IMG/VR virus record: IMGVR_UViG_2883843030_000002
Span: 1 to 64,000 of that record
Reading direction: 5' to 3' (one strand)
From: a virus
Lineage: Duplodnaviria > Caudoviricetes
DNA length: 64,000 nt
The notes under the pieces were generated by a model. That model saw nothing but the letters and a program-made list of their open reading frames with translations, did not search any database and was not told where the DNA came from. Shown piece by piece: positions 17,554 through 25,400 of this stretch. Numbering within the stretch: position 1 is the stretch's first letter; the number at the start of each line of letters is the position of its first letter. Made by a program: the position numbers and the translations under genes.

Positions 17554-19032
17554 TTATGAGAATGAATAAATTCTTAGTGCGCCGGTGCCCTGCTTCTGCA
17601 CGATTGTTGTCTCTACCGTACCAGGGAGAAGCCCACGTTCTTTCATCTGGTCGAGTAAAGACTTCATTTCTTCGCTGTCTGTGAAGAATTTATACTCTGT
17701 TACATCACCTACAAAGTGGAACAGCACGACATATCGGGATTCTCCCCAACGTGTCTTGATGTCTTTCTCGTAGTCCAGAAGTTCGATAGGTCTGTTGGTT
17801 ATCAAGCCAAGCGACATGTGCTGGCAATTGAACCGCTTCTTGCCGTCTGCTGGAGTATATTTCAACCCTAATTCGCTGAATTTTGCCATATGTTGTCCTG
17901 TTAATTTGAAGTATAGATGTTTGCAATCGGCATGGCAGGCCATGCCCTTGAATGAGCCTATGATCTGCTGTCGCCGCTTTCGGGATTTTACTCGATGTAA
18001 TGCTCTTGCCGCTTTAACTTTTATTCTTTTTCGGATGAGCGAATAGATTTCTCCAGTTTCTGCATCATAGAATGTTCTATAGCCGAGAAAATCTACCCCC
18101 TCTGTAATGGGGCGTATAGCAAAAGAAACTTTAATAGTCAGTTTGAGGTTTTTTGCCTCAGCAACAAGGACTTCATATATTGCCCAGGCTTCTTTCTTAT
18201 CATGTGCAAAGAATACGATGTCATCGCAATATCTGTAATAATGAAATCGAATAATCTTGTCGCCCTTACCAATTATTAACCCCTCGCCGGAATATACCGG
18301 AGCCTCAAGCTCTTCGAGATAATGGCATCTGACAACGCCACACATTTTTTTATCGAGCTTGCTGAGGAATAGATTAGCAAAGCACTGTGATGAGCGTAGC
18401 CCTTTAGATAGCCCTTTTGGCATCACGCAAATAAGATTGTCAATCATCGGCAGTACCAGCGGGTCGCTGATATATTCTCTAGCGCACTCCATCATTAAGA
18501 TTTGGTCTATCGAATCATAGAACCCCTGGAAATCACTCTGTCCGAAGAACATCATATTCTCGATGTCGGCCCGCAGGTCGTTCACCATTACATGATGGAG
18601 CCAGTGCATACCACGCCCTTTGATGCTTGCGGCAGTATTGTGGATGAGCGTAGGATATACATGGCTTTCAACGGGCCGCATAATTGCCTGTATCCCTATA
18701 CGCTTGAATACGGGTGGTGCATGAACAATCCTTGCTTTTGGACCGTCCGTAACCTTCATTTCCCGTAGTTCTTCCCGGTAGATTCTAAAAGACCCATCGC
18801 CAAGTTGTTTTTCGAGGAGATTAAGAAACTCTGACTTTTTGGGCCAAAAGTGTTCACGCTGATGTTTGTTTTCAAGATGACTTACTAAGTAATCGAAACT
18901 TTCGGACAGATTATTTGGGTCGATAATCTCGCCGATGAGGTTATCGAGAGGGAATACGTCTGAGTTCGCCCCGATTATCTGCCGGGACGGTAACTCCACA
19001 TCCATGAACGGTATTTCTACAATCTTATCCAT
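17554..19032 (-). CDS. DGR reverse transcriptase with an extra C-terminal domain
   Basis: GPKARIV, ASIKGRG, SDFQGFYDSI, GLSKGLRSSQCFANL, YRYCDD, GVDFLGY; adjacent to TR; start at MDKIVE. Confidence 0.95.
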   Translation of the reverse strand: MDKIVEIPFMDVELPSRQIIGANSDVFPLDNLIGEIIDPNNLSESFDYLVSHLENKHQREHFWPKKSEFLNLLEKQLGDGSFRIYREELREMKVTDGPKARIVHAPPVFKRIGIQAIMRPVESHVYPTLIHNTAASIKGRGMHWLHHVMVNDLRADIENMMFFGQSDFQGFYDSIDQILMMECAREYISDPLVLPMIDNLICVMPKGLSKGLRSSQCFANLFLSKLDKKMCGVVRCHYLEELEAPVYSGEGLIIGKGDKIIRFHYYRYCDDIVFFAHDKKEAWAIYEVLVAEAKNLKLTIKVSFAIRPITEGVDFLGYRTFYDAETGEIYSLIRKRIKVKAARALHRVKSRKRRQQIIGSFKGMACHADCKHLYFKLTGQHMAKFSELGLKYTPADGKKRFNCQHMSLGLITNRPIELLDYEKDIKTRWGESRYVVLFHFVGDVTEYKFFTDSEEMKSLLDQMKERGLLPGTVETTIVQKQGTGALRIYSFS

Positions 19033-19193
19033 TATTAAAGCCTTCAGGACTCCTGTGATGTTTCCGCTTTCCAGACTTTCGTCTGCTGTTGCCGAGGCTC
19101 GTATCCCTCGCAGAAATGCAATGACGGACACGCCGCCGAGCAGGGTCTTACGATTCTGTTGACGGTGAGGGAGCACCGTTTTATCCTTAATGT

Positions 19194-19303
19194 GAGCCGA
19201 GAGCTGTTGTTCGTGTTCGAGTTCGAAGAAGCGTTATTCGCGTTCGAGTAGACGAGACCGCCATTCGCGTTCGCATTGTTGTTCGACCGACCGACGCACC
19301 GGC
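19194..19303 (-). repeat. DGR template repeat (TR); IMH*-like end ACATTAA at 19187-19193 region
   Basis: 110 bp with 12 AAC/AAT codons in the target frame; matches VR1 and VR2 except at adenines. Confidence 0.96.
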
Positions 19304-19381
19304 TTTGGGATACTCTACCTTTTTTGAAAGTTTCTTTTCCTTGTTATCTCTTGGGGTTATGAGTTTGACAATATGCAATGG

Positions 19382-19417
19382 GCTTCGGCCTCGGGCTTTG
19401 TTGCCCGAAACCGAAGC
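19382..19417 (-). other. GC-rich hairpin downstream of the VR1 gene (DGR homing hairpin candidate)
   Basis: GCTTCGG-CC-TCGGGC-TTTGTT-GCCCGA-AA-CCGAAGC. Confidence 0.65.
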
Positions 19418-19428
19418 GACGCTTTTCG

Positions 19429-22400
19429 TTATGCCGCGCTCTCCGCAGATTCAACTATTTCGAAATTTCCGCTGAAGGCGAGCCGAGAGCTGACGCTCGT
19501 GCTCGAGCTCGAAGAAGCGTAATACGCGCTCGAGAAGACGAGACCGCCATTCGCGTTCGCACTGTAGTACGACCGACCGACGCACCGGCCCCTATCATTA
19601 GTATAATAGTATCCGTCAGAATAGTTCTTATTCCACTTGCTGTTGTCGGTAGTCACTCGCGAGGCGATTATGTCGCAGTATCTGCCAAATTTAACACGAC
19701 CGATGCAGTATCCAGAGGTGTTTAAGCCTTGGATAACGCTTTCCTCTTTCGTCTGATAGTTGCGGACAACATGGTACTTTGCATCAAGCGGGTATGATGA
19801 TGTCGCAATACGCTTGTCTTTCTTGTACTGAGCGAATGAGGGCACATTGGCGGCAATGAAGTCCATGACCTCCCAGTTGCAGCCGACAAAGTTCTGTATA
19901 CCGAATATAATGTTGCCGATGTTTGAACCGGAATATTTTCTTGTAACCTTTCCATAGCTGTTGAAATTATTCTGTCCGGTAACGTACTGTGAGCCACAAC
20001 CATATCCAGCGTAAGCCTGAATGTCGCGGGTTCCAGTCAACGCCATCACAAGGTTGGCGATGTCCTTGCTTATCTCATAGCTGATACCGTGGAAACCCTT
20101 GCCGCGCATTTCGATAAGATTTAGTATGTCGGCATAGGTATAGTTCATAGTAGAGGTGGGAACAGAAGTATTCGTGATGTTGCCCTCGTTGTCGTACTTC
20201 CAATCGGCATTTGTTACCGATGTGCCGGTACCTGTGCGAGTTTTTACGCCACTGATTGAACGAGGTCGCATAAGAGCGTCAACACTCATGCCGTAGATGC
20301 CGACGAAACGCATAGGCACCCATACCCAGTCTGGTTCGATGGCCTCGATAGCGGCACTGTCAACTGCAATAGCTTCAAGGTTATCAAAGCCAGTAGGCGA
20401 TGTGAACACAATCTTCTTGGCACCGCTTGGCACATCGCAGAACACATAATCACCGATTGAGAAATCGAATAGTGAATGACTTACGGCCATATTGAATGTA
20501 CCTACCACTTTGTCGTTTTCGTCTACGAACACCGCGCCAATTTGTGCGTTGTTGAGCCCGGGCCAGCGAACCTGCTTCATGCCTTCAACTTCGAGTTCAT
20601 AGACATTCATGTTGGCGTTATCGACTATCTCGTAGTCTTCGCCCTTTGAGAGTGCCGTCCCGTTATTGGATGTATAGACACAAGAGTACGCCTTCACAAG
20701 AATATCAGCCAGTTTCTTTCGATTGGTTTTCATTGCCGTGGAGAGTGGCAGAGAGGCGAAACTGCAAGCAAACAGATATTTTTTCTGATTCTTGAAGTCA
20801 TTAACGCCTTTATACCAATATAGGCCGAAACCGAGCATCACATCAAAGCCCTCGCCTGCTTGGTCTGTCGGATCATACTCGGTGCCGTTTGCCATCAGAT
20901 TGTAGTTGGTATCCATAATCTGACGTGCGAGCAGCTTGGACTCTCGGGAATCGTAGGTGCATCGGTACGGGTGGGCTGCATCGAATATCTTGACAAAGTG
21001 ACCGCTTGGCTCATAGTCTTCCTTACTTGTGCCGTTATCGAGATTCGTGATATTCTGACAGTCGTCGTCGGTATCATCGAAACGGACGCACGAATACTGC
21101 GAGTTAAAAAGGGTTAATTGCGGGAAGTATGCTGCAAGGCTGTTAGGCTTGGTTTTGTCAAGTTCGGTGTCATCAATGAGGTCTTCCATAATCCAACGAC
21201 CCGTTACGCCAGAACACTGATTGCTTTCCTCATAGGCACTCCCCGTGGGGTCGAGACCTATAGCACCGCTTGCGCGGAGAGATTTTAGGATAGATGAGGG
21301 AGCCGTAATATTCACGTCCGGCAAACGGAGGTAACGGAGGTTAGACGAACCTACGATGCCGCTGATGAGTGTGTACGGGTCAACATTCGGACAGCCGGCT
21401 AGCATGAGGCGGTTAACACTTGACATGCCTGCGATTGTCAAACCTCCGGGATATGTGAGATTCGGCAGGTTGATAAAGTTTAACTCCGTCATAGTTGCTG
21501 GCAACTCCAAAGTGCTTATCGGAGAGGTTTCGGCAGTGCTGATGTTTGTCAGTTCCGAACCTGATGCAAGCACACTTTCCAGTCGAGGACATTTTGCGGC
21601 GTTGATAGATGCCACTTCAGTAGTTCTTACATCGAGGTGAGTGAGGAACGGTAGGTCGCCGAGATTCATGTTGGTGAGGAATCCGGTGTTGCCTGGAGAT
21701 AGTCTCCAGGACTGACGGTGGTTGGTCGAGCCGATAACGATTTTCTCTGCCAGTTTCATCTGCGAGAACTGGAAGTTCGGGTCCAAGGAGATTTGCGAGA
21801 GGTCAATTTCGCTCATCTGGTCGGCCTGATAGATATAGAGAAGAATATTATCGCCGTGCTGGAAGTTGGTGAAAGTGCCCTGCTCGCCGGCCTTGAGGTA
21901 CATGCCCTGCGTTACGTTGCCACCATCGTTACCAATACCAAAGTAGCCGGACTTGGCGGCACGGAAACGAATTACAGCTCCTGTCTTGGCTCCGATACGA
22001 CCACCAAGTACGTGGCTTGCATCCTTGAAGTCACCGGTTTGGTAATAACCATCGCGGATGCGCCAACGTTGCTCAATAAATCGGGGGAGCGACTGACGGC
22101 CGGAACCATGGAGTGCGTAATAATAGATATCTGTGTATAGCTCAGAATACTTGATGTATTTGCGCTCACAGTCGAACGTACAAACTACCTTGGGCCAGAA
22201 AGCAATTCGCTTCTGCACGAAGTAATAGTTCGCGCCTTTAGGCGAGAATGGGCCAGCACCGATACCGTCGACCTCAGGAAGATTACGCATGAGGTCCACA
22301 ACACCGGGAAGAGTGAGGGTACCGCCCATAGCATTTGCAACCATTTCCTGATTGTCGCAGCGACGGAGATTGTTCCATAAGATAGAGCCACGGCCGGCGT

Positions 22401-25400
22401 AGCACTTGTCGTCTTCAGCAGGATCGAGCTCAGCAGGAATTGTGTTACCGCCATCGTTATCTTTACCGTTGCATGTATCACAGTCGTAAACCTTATTGAA
22501 GTACATGCGTATGGGCTCCATCGCCGATGGGGAATGGTATTCTCCATTCTCCACCCAGCAGCCATCTTCGAGGAAGAACATGGGCTGCATGTTTTTGGCT
22601 TGCTGGTCCACAGCGGCGAGATAGTCGGTGAATGTGTAGTAAGCCAGAAGCGACTGAATGCTCATATAACGCCATGCGTTATCCCTCCACAACTGTTTCC
22701 ATGTTGCAGAGAGTGCGGCCTTGGAATAGTCGCAAGAATCACAGAACTTGAGTACATTGAACAGCTCATATGGAACCTTGCGGCCCATTGCGAGGTCTTC
22801 CTGCAGTTGGTCGTCGTCAATCATGCACTCGAAATACTGCGTCCATGCCGGGTATGACTGCTGTCCGAGGCTGAGTTTTGACACCCATGATGACTGCGTT
22901 TCGACGGGTGCCATCATATCGTCGATTGATCCGACGCCCATAAACCAGTCCATAGCATCGTATGTGATAAGCTCATAGCCAGACACTGGATTGAGGACAT
23001 CTCCGATAATCTGCCACTTGCCGTTGACCTGCTTCATAGAGCCGGTACAGCGGGCCCATTCGCCACCGCTGTGGCGCATGAAGATGTAGTCACGTCCACA
23101 ATACTGCGAAAGCAGATATAGCTTGCTCGTATCAAGTCCTTCGGTGGTTTTGAAACGAGCCATAATCTCCGTGAGTGTTTCCTGGCTTTGGAACTTGCCG
23201 GCGGAATTGAAAGTTGCCTTGCCGAAGAATTCAACAAAGTCGCCATAGTTGCGACAGCCTTTGTTGTAGCCTGATGTGTCTTTGAAACCGAGTGCCACCT
23301 GCTCACCCTTGTCTTCTTTCCAGTTGCCACGGGCATGGAACCAGGCATCACTAAGTGAATCGTTGGTTGCACGGAAAGCGGCAATTGGGTGGTTGGCAGT
23401 CGAGTGATTCATTTGCAAGCCGGTTACAGATATACCGCTCTTACTCCACGTGCCGTCGAAGGCCCTCTGCGCTGGGGTGATATAATCGCTTCCGAGGGCA
23501 CGGAAAGTGGCATTCATCATATCACACACGCCGCAGTCGTTCGCCATGGATGAATCGGAGTAGTCGACCTTAACTGTGAGGATAGCTACTGGTATAGAGT
23601 TCTCGATCACACGCACATATCCGATGCTGAACAGTTCGTACGTCTTGAGTGCATCAGCATTGGTGTAGTCGGGATTGAGTGCGGTAATCTTCCAGTTCTT
23701 TTCTTTGCAGAGATAGAAGCGGTCGTTTTTGATAGGACGCTTGGCTGAGGTAGTACCCTGACGACGCCAACGCACGTTTTCTGCCTTGAAGGACCTCCAC
23801 GGCAAAGTTGGGTGGAAGTAATAAAGCGTACACAAGAAATTTGTCTTGGTGTCGATATCCGAGTCAAAGCTGTCGAATGTAGCTTGGGGGGCTACTACAA
23901 CGTAGTAAGGGAAACCTTTCTCCTTGAGCAGATCCATCGAGGGGCGGTTCTGATTATCGAGGACATTCTCTGCGTCAAACTCGGCAATCATAGCATTGGT
24001 GTCCGTGAGCTTGCAAAGATAGTTTTGGAATGCCTGAGCCCACTCGTAATAGCTATCGTATGCAAGTGTATAGTAGAGGTAAAAGTCTCCGTCTGTGCCG
24101 TCGAATGAAATCTGCTTTTGGTTGAGAATCGCGCCGGAATTGGAAACATAGCCAATAGCACCGATTTCTTCACCGTCGACATATAGTTTGATGGTGGAGT
24201 AATCAGTGGAGCCACGATTGACGGTTATTGTGGACGGTTCCACAACAATTCCTACTGTAACTTTTTCACTGCATCGGAATGAGCGTGTAATCTGCGAGGG
24301 CGTACCGTTCTTGCAGCACACCACAATCTTGTTACCGCAGATATAGAAGCCAGCACCAGAGTTAGGATCGTAGCACTCCATGAGCTTCGCGTCTTCATCC
24401 TTAACGTTATTTGTTGCAAAGGCAAACTGGAACGCCATACCATTTGTGCGTTCAGTGGCAGCCGAGCCAAACGGGGCGTAAGGGATACGGGCTTTGACAT
24501 TTTCGGCAATACGCAGGCAGTTCTCGTTGAGGTAGGTTGCAAAACCATTCGACGACCAGTTAGCCCCAATAACGTCCATAGTATAACCGTTATTGGTAAT
24601 TGTGTGATCGGCCTCAGAATTCGAACGGCTGGCAAAGTCGTATCCAAAGAGTGCTCCTTCCTTAATGATGGCAGAAATAGCAGATCCTACTACGCGCACC
24701 GATATAGGACTGGTTTGGCTGGCTCCGCTCTTCGCATAGAATTGTATTATTGTGGAGCCGTCGGTATCGTAGCCCTGAATCTGCTTGCGTATTGGATAAG
24801 TCTGGGAAATGTAGCAATCGTTGGAGATAATTTCCTCTCCGTTCATGTATACTTCTACTGTTGTGGGCTCCTTACCAGGCGTGTATGCTGCAATCTCCAG
24901 TTCGAGATTATCATACAGTCGGACAATGCCATTGTTAACATCGTTGTAACGGAGTGCCACAATGGGTACGTTAGACTTTGAGTCAACGCACATTATTGTA
25001 GAGTAAATTGTGTTTCCTTTAACGCCCGACGCAACATCCTCGCCGGATATGCGAATTGGATAGGAGCCGTGCTCAAGACGCTCTCCGCCTCCGAGCACAT
25101 TGCAAGGATCAATCGAGATTGAGTGCGAATAGCTATCTGTGATGGTCGCCTCGCCGAGTTTCTTCCATTCGCCGTCAAGATATATCTCGGTCATGACTTT
25201 CACACCTTGCTTCGATACGTTATTGGCGAACTTATACATCAGCAGGTTTTTAGACGAGCCGCCTACTTCTAGTACCGAGCTTGAGGTATAGTTGATAGTC
25301 TGCACGGAAGTACAAGTTACATCGACGGCTGTTACCGTAACGGTACGACGCTTCACGTTGCCCTCTGCATCGTAGGCAACGATAGTGAAGTCTCGCTGGG

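Noticed and set aside
17554-19176. RT as a group II intron, retron or Abi RT
   Set aside because: The adjacent TR with adenine-specific VRs and the GLxxSQ motif identify a DGR; no intron-sized RNA or msr-msd is evident
19187-19378. 63-aa ORF over TR as a possible Avd
   Set aside because: It is an alternative-frame reading of TR (Arg/Thr-rich) with no resemblance to the helical Avd protein
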